Origin: an uncultured Marinosulfonomonas sp.
GTDB taxonomy: Bacteria; Pseudomonadota; Alphaproteobacteria; Rhodobacterales; Rhodobacteraceae
Assembly (NCBI GenBank): GCA_964473185.1
Contig: CAYYOF010000002.1
Location: 28,635-92,634, forward strand
Direction of reading: 5' to 3'
DNA: 64,000 bases
This document shows positions 48,346 to 58,440 of this stretch, one piece after another. Within the stretch, counting starts at the first letter, position 1, and every line of letters begins with the position of its first letter. The notes beneath the pieces were generated by a model. It did not search any database and was not told the origin of the DNA. It saw nothing but the letters and a program-made list of their open reading frames with translations. The position numbers and the translations under genes are program-made.

Positions 48346-49386
48346 TTAAACCATCGCTGCCGCCTTGCACATATTGGTCAATTTGGTGCGGGTTTGCTCC
48401 AGTGTTAGAAAGCCAAGACCACAGTCGGGCGCTGCCATCAAACGCTCGGGCGGCAGCACTGTGAGCACTTCGCGCATCCGTGCCACGATTTGGTCGACCG
48501 GCTCGATATCACTGACCGCGATGTCGACAAAACCGACAATGGCGATGGTTTTGGTGAACTTTTCAAACAGGGACAGGTCACTGTGGCAGTGGCAATCCTC
48601 GATCGACAGTGCGTCGATTTTGCCGTCCAGCGCTTCGACCAGTTGATGATAGACGTTATGGTCGGCCTTGGGGTATTCCGGCTGATCGATGTGTTCAGGA
48701 TAGCCACAGCACATATGCGAGGTGCGCACCACGTGGTCGGGCACCCCGTGCAACACACGTTCCAGCGCCTCATACCCGAACGCCGCCGCATCATCGGGTT
48801 TGCGGGCGAACAGGGGTTCGTCAATCTGGATGTGGATGCAGCCTGCATCGGCCAGCGCCAACACTTCTTTGTTCAGGGCGTCCGCCAGATCAAAGGCCAG
48901 CTGTTTGTCGTCATTGTAAAAACAATCGGCCACAGTGCCGATGATGGTCATCGGGCCGGGCAGGGTGAGTTTGACGGGGCGGTCGGAGAAACCTTGCGCC
49001 TGTTTATAGTCACGCGGCAGCACCGATTTTCCGGCGCTGATTTTGCCACGAATGGCAGGCAGATCGGATTCATAGGCGCCGTTGCGCAACACACGGTGTT
49101 CCAGATTATCAAAATCGAACCCGTCGAAATAGCGGCATTGGTAATGCACATAGTTTTCGCGGCGTTGTTCGCCATCGGTTGGGATGTCGATGCCACAGTC
49201 GATCTGGGTTTGAACGGCCTCACGGGTGGCGCGCTCGAACGCCGGTTCGTGTTTGGTGTCATCTGACCAGTTATGCACCACATCCGTCGTATAGCTGTCA
49301 TCTGCGTGGACAACTTTGAACCAGTCCATGATTGGCACATAGTCAGGTTTCGGAAAGGCTCCGATGCAGGTGGTTTTAATCGGCAT
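48346..49386 (-). CDS. Cobalamin-independent methionine synthase catalytic-domain-only protein (single-barrel MetE-like)
   Basis: TDGEQRR, IQIDEP, SHMCCGY (HxC), APDCGL zinc ligands; no N-terminal barrel. Confidence 0.8.
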   Translation of the reverse strand: MPIKTTCIGAFPKPDYVPIMDWFKVVHADDSYTTDVVHNWSDDTKHEPAFERATREAVQTQIDCGIDIPTDGEQRRENYVHYQCRYFDGFDFDNLEHRVLRNGAYESDLPAIRGKISAGKSVLPRDYKQAQGFSDRPVKLTLPGPMTIIGTVADCFYNDDKQLAFDLADALNKEVLALADAGCIHIQIDEPLFARKPDDAAAFGYEALERVLHGVPDHVVRTSHMCCGYPEHIDQPEYPKADHNVYHQLVEALDGKIDALSIEDCHCHSDLSLFEKFTKTIAIVGFVDIAVSDIEPVDQIVARMREVLTVLPPERLMAAPDCGLGFLTLEQTRTKLTNMCKAAAMV

Positions 49387-49476
49387 GGTGCAGGCGTCCT
49401 GTTGATTGCGTTTCGCCAACGATAAGCGGGCTGCGGTCAGGCGGGCAATCGGAATTACGACAATCTGACGTCGGTT

Positions 49477-49842
49477 TTACATAAAACCCAGCTCTAGCCG
49501 CGCTTCGTCCGACATCATTTCCATGCCCCATTGTGGCTCCCATACCAGCTGCACATCGACGGTTTTCACACCGGGCAGCGGGCTGATTGCGTCAGCGATC
49601 CAGCCGGGCATTTCACCGGCCACGGGACAGCCGGGGGCGGTCAGGGACATCAGCACCTGCACGTCACCTTCTGCTGAAATATCAATGGTATAGATAAGGC
49701 CCAGATCATATATATTCACTGGCACCTCGGGGTCATAGACCGAGCGGCATGCCTCGATAATTGGATCATATAACGCATGGTCCGTGGTCGATGGTTTGAT
49801 CAGTGGCGTGCCCTCAAGAGGGGCTTCGGGTGTGGCAGTCAT
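49477..49842 (-). CDS. sufT: SUF system Fe-S assembly protein SufT (DUF59)
   Basis: VYDPEVPVNIYDLGLIY, MSLTAPGCPVA, WEPQWGMEMMSDEARLELG. Confidence 0.9.
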   Translation of the reverse strand: MTATPEAPLEGTPLIKPSTTDHALYDPIIEACRSVYDPEVPVNIYDLGLIYTIDISAEGDVQVLMSLTAPGCPVAGEMPGWIADAISPLPGVKTVDVQLVWEPQWGMEMMSDEARLELGFM

Positions 49843-49975
49843 GGCATCCTCGCGCGATTACTTGACTGAATATATAAGGATTAAGATGGTGGGCGTCCAG
49901 AGCCGATACGACGTAAACAGGGTGCGGCATTTTGCATGTGCTATGATACGGTGCGGTAAATGTGAGGGAATGGCT

Positions 49976-50320
49976 ATGGAAAACGAGTTGAGCGGCAAGA
50001 CCTGCGTGGCCTGTCATGGCGGTATGCCGGTGTTGGAACCGGATGCTGTGGCCGAAATGATGGGCCAACTGCATGGGGATTGGGCGTTGGTGGACAAGGG
50101 GCGCAAATTGTTGCGGCGCGTTACAGTCAAGGGGTTCAATGCCGCGCATCATTGCGCGAATGTGGCGGCATGGCTGGGCGAGCAAGAGGGGCATCACCCC
50201 GATATCCGCTTTGGCTGGGGATATTGCGAGGTGGAATTCACCACCCATGTGGTGCGCGGGCTGACGGAAAACGATTTTATCTGCACGGCCAAGTTTGACC
50301 GAATATTGGCTGTTGCGTAG
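49976..50320 (+). CDS. Pterin-4a-carbinolamine dehydratase
   Basis: CVACHGG, EQEGHHPDI, THVVRGLTENDFICTAK. Confidence 0.88.
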   Translation: MENELSGKTCVACHGGMPVLEPDAVAEMMGQLHGDWALVDKGRKLLRRVTVKGFNAAHHCANVAAWLGEQEGHHPDIRFGWGYCEVEFTTHVVRGLTENDFICTAKFDRILAVA

Positions 50321-50329
50321 GGGAATTTC

Positions 50330-51178
50330 ATGAAATTGAGCCTGCTAGGGACCGGCACCCCACGCCCGTCAATTGAGCGCCAGTGTACGGCGAATTTGGT
50401 GCAGATTGGTGATGTGAATATCATGGTGGATGCGGGGCGCGGGGCGGTCACACAGCTGGTTAAGCTGGGCCATGATCCTGTTGATATTGACTACATTTTC
50501 ATCACCCACCACCATTTTGACCATATCGGAAATCTGGGCGATCTGATCATGGCGGCGTGGAACAACGGACGCGATAGGCCGGTTCACATTTTCGGACCAG
50601 ACGGCACGGCGGATATCATTGACCACCTGTTTGCGATTTATCGGCGCGACATCGGGTTTCGATTGCTTGAGGAGCGGGTGCTGGGCCACGAGATGCCCGA
50701 TATCCGCGATCTGGTGCAGGTCACGGATATTGTGTCCGGTGGCGGATATCAGGGCGATGGCTGGTCCGTGGTTGCGGGGCAGGTGGAGCATGGGCACGGG
50801 TTGGGATTGAGCCATGAAGAGTGGCCGTGTTTTGGCTATCGGATCATAGTCGGCAATAAGGTTTTGACCATCAGCGGCGACACGATTGATTGCGACGGGG
50901 TGCGGGCGCTGGCGCAGGGCGCTGATCTGTTGTTGCAATGCTGCTATCTGGCCGAGGCCGAGATTGACGACAGCGAAAAACGGGTGTTGTCAGATGTGGT
51001 TCTGGCCTCGGCCAAACAGGCCAGCCGGATTGCGCATGCCGCAGGTGTGGGCGAAATGGTGCTGACCCATCTGGCCCCGAAATCCGACGCGATGTTGCAG
51101 GCGGTGTTGGAGGAGGCCCGCGACGGGTTTGCAGGCGAGGTGGTGCTGGGCGAAGATTTGATGGTGATTGAGGTTTGA
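50330..51178 (+). CDS. MBL-fold metallohydrolase (RNase Z/AtsA-like)
   Basis: LLGTGTP, VDAGRG, ITHHHFDHIG, SGDT, LVLTHL-like motif. Confidence 0.88.
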   Translation: MKLSLLGTGTPRPSIERQCTANLVQIGDVNIMVDAGRGAVTQLVKLGHDPVDIDYIFITHHHFDHIGNLGDLIMAAWNNGRDRPVHIFGPDGTADIIDHLFAIYRRDIGFRLLEERVLGHEMPDIRDLVQVTDIVSGGGYQGDGWSVVAGQVEHGHGLGLSHEEWPCFGYRIIVGNKVLTISGDTIDCDGVRALAQGADLLLQCCYLAEAEIDDSEKRVLSDVVLASAKQASRIAHAAGVGEMVLTHLAPKSDAMLQAVLEEARDGFAGEVVLGEDLMVIEV

Positions 51179-52345
<1,167 letters not shown>

Positions 52346-52374
52346 GGCACGCCCCCCAAAGAATGTGTCGCGGA

Positions 52375-53250
52375 TTAAGCCGCGAGGTGGGGCTGAACCA
52401 TTTTGGCCACGTAATGCCGCATCAACGGGTAGGCGGCTGGGGTGTCGCGGGTTTCAAGACTGGCCCTTATGCCTAAAAGCTCTTTGAACTCGTATTCAGC
52501 GGCGGCCGAACCTATGGTCGCGGTCATGGCCCCGCCAAGCAGGCTCTCGGTCGCAAGGCCATTGGAAAACACGATTTCATGCTCGTCAAACATCAGGTGG
52601 TAATATTCGGCAGATGTTGCGCTGCTATTCGTTGTTATCGTTGTGTTGTTGACCAGATGTTTGGCGGCACAAAGCATGGCCTCGGAGGCAAAGCTTAACT
52701 CCATATGCCAGCCGGACAATAAAACACGGTGGTTGGGCGAGACAGACAAGTCAGACAACGGGCATCCGATGCCCAAGGCATCTTTCTGAATGATCACAGG
52801 GCGAAAATGCGGTTTGTCCTGCAGTTGGCAGGCGGAAATATGACGCACGCCGATCCAGCACAATTCTTTTGAGCCAGAGAGGGTTGTCACAATATAGCCA
52901 ACGCGCAAATCCTCGACTTTGACATTGCCTTCGGAGCTGCGCAGATCTTCGCCATTCACATTGCCAAGTTTGTTGTAGAGCGGAAGTGTGCCGGAGAATT
53001 CGACGGTGAATGTCATTTCCACGCCGTCCACCAGAACGACGGTATCCGGATCAGCGGCATCACCGTTATATTCCAGAATGATATCGCCCCCCGCCGCCGC
53101 CTGAAACTCAAGCGTCGTTACGGCGACTTTGTTTGTCCCTTGCGCATTCAGCGCGGCATTGTTCGCAGAAGAGCTGTCGCCCCGTGCGTAGAAAGTTGTT
53201 GTTACGATTGCTATCCGGCCCACCCGTGTAATTTTATTCCCATTTGCCAA
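52375..53250 (-). CDS. Hint-domain protein apparently lacking the start of the Hint domain (possible pseudogene)
   Basis: VKVEDLRVG, LSVSPNHRVLL, YYHLMFDEHEIVFSNGLATESL present; no CFxxGT motif in front. Confidence 0.7.
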   Translation of the reverse strand: MANGNKITRVGRIAIVTTTFYARGDSSSANNAALNAQGTNKVAVTTLEFQAAAGGDIILEYNGDAADPDTVVLVDGVEMTFTVEFSGTLPLYNKLGNVNGEDLRSSEGNVKVEDLRVGYIVTTLSGSKELCWIGVRHISACQLQDKPHFRPVIIQKDALGIGCPLSDLSVSPNHRVLLSGWHMELSFASEAMLCAAKHLVNNTTITTNSSATSAEYYHLMFDEHEIVFSNGLATESLLGGAMTATIGSAAAEYEFKELLGIRASLETRDTPAAYPLMRHYVAKMVQPHLAA

Positions 53251-53257
53251 TTTGAAT

Positions 53258-53272
53258 GTAAAATTTGGTTAA
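53258..53272. promoter_or_regulatory. Imperfect CtrA-like box upstream of the Hint gene
   Basis: Minus strand TTAA-CCAAATT-TTAC. Confidence 0.35.
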
Positions 53273-53445
53273 TATTAGACACGAATATGGAATACATGCG
53301 TTTTGATTGCACCTGAACTGGGGGCAATGGCATTGTTGTGAATGTATGAGAGCGGTGCAGAACCGCTGAGAGTCTCACTGGGATGAGGTCGGGCCGGTTG
53401 GCATGTTTATCGCGAGTTTACACGAATTACGGTGTAAAAATCGCC

Positions 53446-53454
53446 TTATCCACA
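53446..53454. promoter_or_regulatory. Perfect DnaA box upstream of lon
   Basis: TTATCCACA. Confidence 0.45.
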
Positions 53455-53562
53455 GTTATTTCCCTATTTACGCCACTTTTTAATGATTCAAGGCAAATGT
53501 TGGCTTGCCCCGCCCGCGATGGGAAGGCACATTACGCCAAAAGCTGAATGGCGGGTTAATGG

Positions 53563-53590
53563 TTGAAAGATCGGGGGGCTGCCCCCACCT
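53563..53590 (+). promoter_or_regulatory. RpoH (sigma32)-type promoter of lon
   Basis: TTGAAA-N14-CCCCACCT compared with the consensus TTGAAA-N13/14-CCCCATNT. Confidence 0.6.
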
Positions 53591-53671
53591 AATTATACCA
53601 AAGACCGGAGACAGGCGGGTTGCCGTAACTTTAGGGGCCCATCAATGTCTGCCACATAAAAAGGATAAAAA

Positions 53672-56083
53672 ATGACCGAGCAATTGAGCACATCTTACCC
53701 CGTACTGCCATTACGCGATATTGTGGTGTTCCCGCATATGATCGTGCCGCTGTTTGTGGGCCGCGAAAAATCTGTCAAAGCGCTGGAAGAAGTCATGGTG
53801 GACGACAAGCAAATATTGCTGTCGAGCCAGGTTGACCCCTCGCAGGATGATCCGGATTCTGACGGAATTTATAACGTTGGGGTGTTGGCCAACGTGCTGC
53901 AACTGCTGAAGTTGCCCGATGGCACCGTCAAGGTTCTGGTCGAAGGCCGGATGCGGGTGAAAATCACCGAATACCTTGAAAATGAACATTATTTCGAGGC
54001 CCGCGCCGAGGTTCTGGAAGAAAAACAGGGCGATGCGGATGTGGTCGAAGCGATGGTGCGCTCTGTCGGCGCCGAATTCGAGCGGTATTCCAAGATTAAA
54101 AAGAACATCCCCGAAGAGGCGCTGTCGGCAGTGGCCGATGCGGTTGAGAGTGACAAGCTGTCTGATCTGGTAGCGGGCCATCTGGGCATTGAGGTCGAGC
54201 AAAAGCAGGAATTGCTGGAAACGCTGGTTGTGGCGGATCGACTTGAGAAGATTTACGGGCTGATGCAGGGCGAAATGTCGGTGATGAAGGTCGAGAAAAA
54301 GATCAAGACACGGGTTAAGTCGCAGATGGAGCGCACCCAGCGCGAATATTATCTGAACGAGCAAATGAAAGCGATCCAGAAGGAACTGGGGGATGGCGAA
54401 GAGGGCCAGAACGAGGTTGCCGAGCTGGAAGCGCGGATTGCCGAAACCAAGCTGAGCAAAGAGGCGCTGGAAAAAGCCAACGCCGAGATCAAGAAACTGA
54501 AAAACATGTCGCCGATGAGCGCCGAGGCCACTGTGGTGCGCAATTATCTGGACTGGATGCTGAGCATTCCGTGGAACAAACGTTCGCGCGTCAAGAAGGA
54601 TTTGTATGCGGCGCAAAAGATACTGGATGATGATCATTACGGTCTGGAAAAAGTCAAAGAACGCATTGTTGAATATCTGGCCGTTGGTCAGCGTTCGCGT
54701 AAATTGAAAGGTCCGATCCTGTGTCTGGTCGGCCCTCCTGGTGTGGGTAAAACCAGTCTGGGTAAATCTGTGGCGCGGGCCACGGGGCGCGAATTTATTC
54801 GTATCAGCCTTGGCGGTGTGCGTGACGAAAGCGAAATTCGCGGTCACCGCCGGACCTATATCGGCTCGATGCCTGGCAAAATCATTCAGGCGCTGAAAAA
54901 GGCAAAAACCACCAACCCTCTGATATTGCTCGATGAAATTGATAAGATGGGTCAGGATTTCCGCGGTGATCCGGCGTCTGCCATGCTCGAGGTTCTGGAC
55001 CCCGAGCAAAACAGCACCTTCACCGATCATTACCTCGAGGTCGAATATGATCTGTCGGATGTGATGTTCCTGACCACGGCGAACACCTATAACATGCCCA
55101 GCCCGTTACTGGACCGGATGGAGATTATCCCGTTGTCGGGCTATACCGAGGACGAGAAAAGCGAGATCGCCAAACAGCATTTGATCGACAAACAGGTCAA
55201 AAACCATGGTCTGAAAAAGGGCGAATTCGAGCTGACGGACGCAGCGCTAAAAGAGATCATTCGCACCTATACCCGCGAGGCGGGGGTGCGGAACCTTGAG
55301 CGCGAGATTGCTAAACTGGCCCGCAAAGCCGTGACCAAAATTGTGCGTGGCGAGGAAGAGAAGATCGTCATCACAACTAAAAACCTTGAGGATTATCTTG
55401 GGGTTAAGCGGTTTCGTTACGGGCTGGCCGAAGAAAAGGACCATGTTGGTGTGGTCACTGGTCTGGCGTGGACATCCGTAGGCGGCGAATTGCTGTCTAT
55501 CGAGGCGCTGAAACTGCCCGGCAAAGGGCGGATGAAGACCACCGGAAAATTGGGCGATGTGATGAAGGAAAGCATTGATGCGGCGAGTTCTTATGTGCGC
55601 TCGATCAGTCCTGAAATCGGGGTAAAGCCGCCGGTGTTCGAGAAGATCGACATCCACGTTCACGTACCCGAAGGGGCGACGCCCAAAGACGGGCCAAGTG
55701 CTGGCGTGGGGATGGTGACATCCATCGTGTCGGTTCTGACCGGAATTGCAGTGAAGAAGGACATCGCCATGACCGGCGAGGTGACCTTGCGTGGCAATGT
55801 TCTGCCCATCGGTGGCCTAAAGGAAAAACTGCTGGCGGCGTTGCGGGGTGGCATTAAAACCGTGCTGATCCCGGCCGAGAATGAAAAGGATCTGGTCGAA
55901 ATCCCTGACAATGTGAAAGAAGGGTTGACGATTGTTCCTGTGTCGCATGTGTCAGAGGTGTTGAAGCATGCACTGGTATCCGAGCCGGTTGCCGTTGAAT
56001 GGGATGAGGCCGCAGAAGAAGCGGCAGCGGCCAAAGCGGCACTGGCTAGCAAGGCAGGAGATGCGGGCGCAACGGCGCACTGA
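53672..56083 (+). CDS. lon: ATP-dependent protease La
   Basis: PLRDIVVFPHM, GPPGVGKTS, HRRTYIGSMPG, PKDGPSAG, IGGLKEK. Confidence 0.98.
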   Translation: MTEQLSTSYPVLPLRDIVVFPHMIVPLFVGREKSVKALEEVMVDDKQILLSSQVDPSQDDPDSDGIYNVGVLANVLQLLKLPDGTVKVLVEGRMRVKITEYLENEHYFEARAEVLEEKQGDADVVEAMVRSVGAEFERYSKIKKNIPEEALSAVADAVESDKLSDLVAGHLGIEVEQKQELLETLVVADRLEKIYGLMQGEMSVMKVEKKIKTRVKSQMERTQREYYLNEQMKAIQKELGDGEEGQNEVAELEARIAETKLSKEALEKANAEIKKLKNMSPMSAEATVVRNYLDWMLSIPWNKRSRVKKDLYAAQKILDDDHYGLEKVKERIVEYLAVGQRSRKLKGPILCLVGPPGVGKTSLGKSVARATGREFIRISLGGVRDESEIRGHRRTYIGSMPGKIIQALKKAKTTNPLILLDEIDKMGQDFRGDPASAMLEVLDPEQNSTFTDHYLEVEYDLSDVMFLTTANTYNMPSPLLDRMEIIPLSGYTEDEKSEIAKQHLIDKQVKNHGLKKGEFELTDAALKEIIRTYTREAGVRNLEREIAKLARKAVTKIVRGEEEKIVITTKNLEDYLGVKRFRYGLAEEKDHVGVVTGLAWTSVGGELLSIEALKLPGKGRMKTTGKLGDVMKESIDAASSYVRSISPEIGVKPPVFEKIDIHVHVPEGATPKDGPSAGVGMVTSIVSVLTGIAVKKDIAMTGEVTLRGNVLPIGGLKEKLLAALRGGIKTVLIPAENEKDLVEIPDNVKEGLTIVPVSHVSEVLKHALVSEPVAVEWDEAAEEAAAAKAALASKAGDAGATAH

Positions 56084-56104
56084 TCCGAACCAATTGAGAA
56101 TTAG

Positions 56105-56132
56105 AAAAGGGCACCTGATGAGGTGCCCTTTT
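56105..56132. terminator. Bidirectional intrinsic terminator
   Basis: AAAAGGGCACCT-GATG-AGGTGCCCTTTT. Confidence 0.85.
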
Positions 56133-56156
56133 GCTTGATTGATAATGATGTGGAAA

Positions 56157-56591
56157 TTAGTCGACGACTGTCATTTCCAGACCCAGCATGCCGTAATTTA
56201 CAGCATAGTAACCACCCGGCATGTTCACGACGGCTTCGGGTGTGTGTGCCAGAACGTCTTGTGCCATCACGCCCTGATAGGTAGTTGGCAGGCCGATGTA
56301 GCGGAAATGGTAGATTGGCAAACCGCTGGCAGACATACCAACTTGCGTGATGTCAGTTTTCAGGCGCGAGTCGCTTGGGGATGGACTGCCACCACTACCG
56401 CCGCCGCCAGAAGCGGCAGCTGCCAGAAATACCAACAGAAGAATTGGAATTAACAAGCCGCCGCCACTGCTGCTTGAGGTGTCTTCAACAATGACGTCTG
56501 GCTCCATCATGGGTTCCAGAATATTGCCAGCAAAGCCAGCTTGAACAGTCAGGCCGCAAATCAATACGCCCGCAATTATAGTTTTCCGCAT
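56157..56591 (-). CDS. Small exported/membrane protein with C-terminal Peptidase_S74 (tail-fibre chaperone) domain
   Basis: Signal peptide (..VQAGFA), TM segment LLIPILLLVFLAAA, Gly/Ser linker, SDSRLKTDI..YHFRY..QGVMAQDV..PEAV..GYYAVNY. Confidence 0.78.
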   Translation of the reverse strand: MRKTIIAGVLICGLTVQAGFAGNILEPMMEPDVIVEDTSSSSGGGLLIPILLLVFLAAAASGGGGSGGSPSPSDSRLKTDITQVGMSASGLPIYHFRYIGLPTTYQGVMAQDVLAHTPEAVVNMPGGYYAVNYGMLGLEMTVVD

Positions 56592-56780
56592 TCTTTGTTC
56601 TCCCCCTCGTTGTCTATTAATATTGTGCCCCTATTGTTATATTCTGCATTTACCTTACGTCAACTTTTTTGAGGGTTACCCTCGGTGCAATATATTGATG
56701 CTCAAACACCTCGGAGGTGGCATAATACGCAAAAATGCGCTATGTTGTTTCCTAATCAGAAACAAAAGGTAGATTGAGCA

Positions 56781-57179
56781 ATGGCCACCACCACCAGAAA
56801 AAAGACAACCACGACACCTAAAAAGGCAACCGCCGCCCGTGCGGCGCCCAAGGTGATGAAGAAAGCCGTAACGCCAACGCCTAAACCAGTGGTCAAACCC
56901 GAGGCTGAAGCCCCAGTGCTTCGCAAAAAAGAGCTGATCGAGCGGGTCGTGGCACGTTCCGGCATTAAGAAAAAAGACGCCAAGCCAACAATCGAGGCGA
57001 TGCTGGCTGTTCTGGGCGAAGCATTGGCAAGTGGCGAAGAGTTGAACTTGCAACCGATGGGCAAGGTGATGGTGAAGCGGGTGAAAGAACAGCCCAATGC
57101 CAAAGTGATGGTTTGCCGGATTCGCCAACGCAAGGTAGGTGCGGACAGTACTGTGGTCAAAATCGGTGCCAAAACCTGA
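56781..57179 (+). CDS. HU-family DNA-binding protein, atypical
   Basis: LRKKELIERVVARSGIKKKDAKPTIEAMLAVLGEALASGEELNL; basic N-terminal tail; located between lon and tRNA-Val. Confidence 0.75.
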   Translation: MATTTRKKTTTTPKKATAARAAPKVMKKAVTPTPKPVVKPEAEAPVLRKKELIERVVARSGIKKKDAKPTIEAMLAVLGEALASGEELNLQPMGKVMVKRVKEQPNAKVMVCRIRQRKVGADSTVVKIGAKT

Positions 57180-57207
57180 CCTGATCGGGAATGGAAATAC
57201 GAAAAAG

Positions 57208-57237
57208 GAACTCGCCCTGCAAAGCGGCGCGTTTTTT
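57208..57237 (+). terminator. Possible terminator after the HU-like gene
   Basis: CGCC..GGCG short stem followed by a T-tract. Confidence 0.4.
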
Positions 57238-57292
57238 ATGTGAAAGGGGCTTGCGCGTCCCACATAAACCGCGTTATGTCGCGGCTCGACAA

Positions 57293-57368
<76 letters not shown>

Positions 57369-57395
57369 TTTCCCTTGATCTATTACGAGCGTGCT

Positions 57396-57989
57396 ATGGC
57401 CGACAAATACCCCGAAATATTTGTGCTGCGGCACGGCCAAACCGAATGGAACCTTGCTGGGCGGTTTCAGGGGCGTATGAATTCCGAATTGACCGCGAAA
57501 GGGCACGAGCAGGCGGGCATGCAAGGTGCATTGTTGGCTGAAATAGCCAAAGGGCGCAGTGATATTGTCGCCCATTGCAGCCCGCAGAAGCGGGCGATGC
57601 ACACAGCGCGGATCGCGCTTGATCCATTGGGGATGGTGGCCACACAAGATGAGCGTTTGTGCGAGATATCTTTTGGGGCGTGGGAAGGGCTGAATTTTGA
57701 GCAGATTGCCACAGGATGGCCAGAACACGTCAAACATGCCGATACGGACGGGTTTGATTGGCAGTTCCAATCCCCGGGTGGTGAAAGTTTTGATGTTATG
57801 CGGGCGAGGACCAAAGGATTTTTGGCATCACTTAAGGGGCCAAGCATTATTGTCACTCACGGGATTACATCACGTATCCTGCGCGGGGTTTGGCTGGGCC
57901 ATGTCGGGAATGAAATAGCAAGCTTAACCGGTGGGCAGGGGTGCGTATATCACCTGCGCGACGGGCAGCAGGTGTTGTTGGAAGGTTAA
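57396..57989 (+). CDS. Histidine phosphatase family protein
   Basis: LRHGQTEWN, SPQKRA, LCEISFGAWEG, IVTHG. Confidence 0.92.
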   Translation: MADKYPEIFVLRHGQTEWNLAGRFQGRMNSELTAKGHEQAGMQGALLAEIAKGRSDIVAHCSPQKRAMHTARIALDPLGMVATQDERLCEISFGAWEGLNFEQIATGWPEHVKHADTDGFDWQFQSPGGESFDVMRARTKGFLASLKGPSIIVTHGITSRILRGVWLGHVGNEIASLTGGQGCVYHLRDGQQVLLEG

Positions 57990-58035
57990 GCGGGGGCTGC
58001 GGACAAAGTATTTTCGTAAATGCTGCCAGAACCGC

Positions 58036-58064
58036 TTGACGCCTATCGCCCATAGTCCTAGAAC
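58036..58064 (+). promoter_or_regulatory. Sigma70 promoter of tRNA-Asp
   Basis: TTGACG-N17-TAGAAC. Confidence 0.55.
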
Positions 58065-58102
58065 GCCCAAACAGATCGCCGCTTGGTGGTTTGTTAAAGT
58101 GC

Positions 58103-58179
58103 GCGGTTGTAGCTCAGTTGGTTAGAGTACCGGCCTGTCACGCCGGGGGTCGCGGGTTCGAGTCCCGTCAACCGCGCCA
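58103..58179 (+). tRNA. tRNA-Asp(GTC)
   Basis: 77-nt cloverleaf GCGGTTG..CAACCGC-GCCA; anticodon arm CCGGC-CTGTCAC-GCCGG. Confidence 0.97.
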
Positions 58180-58209
58180 CTTACCCCCCCCAATGATGAA
58201 AGAGGCAGT

Positions 58210-58437
58210 ATGTCATTTCTTGACAAAATCCCGATGCAGATGACAGTGATTATGGCTATATTTCTGGGGCTGTCGCCGTTTGTGCCAGAACCACATCTGT
58301 TTGAAAAACTGCGCATGCTGGTGGACGGGACGTTGGTGAAGCCGATTGATATCGTTGACCTGTTATTCCACGGGACACCATCGGTGATATTGGTCGCCAA
58401 ATTGTTGCGGATGCGCAGTGGTGCGAGGAAAGGTTAG
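58210..58437 (+). CDS. Small membrane protein, paralog 1
   Basis: LGLSPFVPEPHLFEKLRML..GTLVKPIDIVDLLFHG. Confidence 0.8.
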   Translation: MSFLDKIPMQMTVIMAIFLGLSPFVPEPHLFEKLRMLVDGTLVKPIDIVDLLFHGTPSVILVAKLLRMRSGARKG

Positions 58438-58440
58438 GCC

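Noticed and set aside
49387-49476. SAM or cobalamin riboswitch before the MetE-like gene
   Set aside because: The 90-bp spacer shows no recognisable SAM-II, SAM/SAH or B12-box core by eye; an Rfam scan would settle it
53280-53445. Small RNA or short ORF between the Hint gene and lon
   Set aside because: Only very short ORFs and no convincing structure or terminator; cannot be supported without expression data
53711-55030. 439-aa ORF antisense to lon, and the many similar 100-330-aa antisense ORFs
   Set aside because: Shadow ORFs expected from GC-rich codon bias; no motifs
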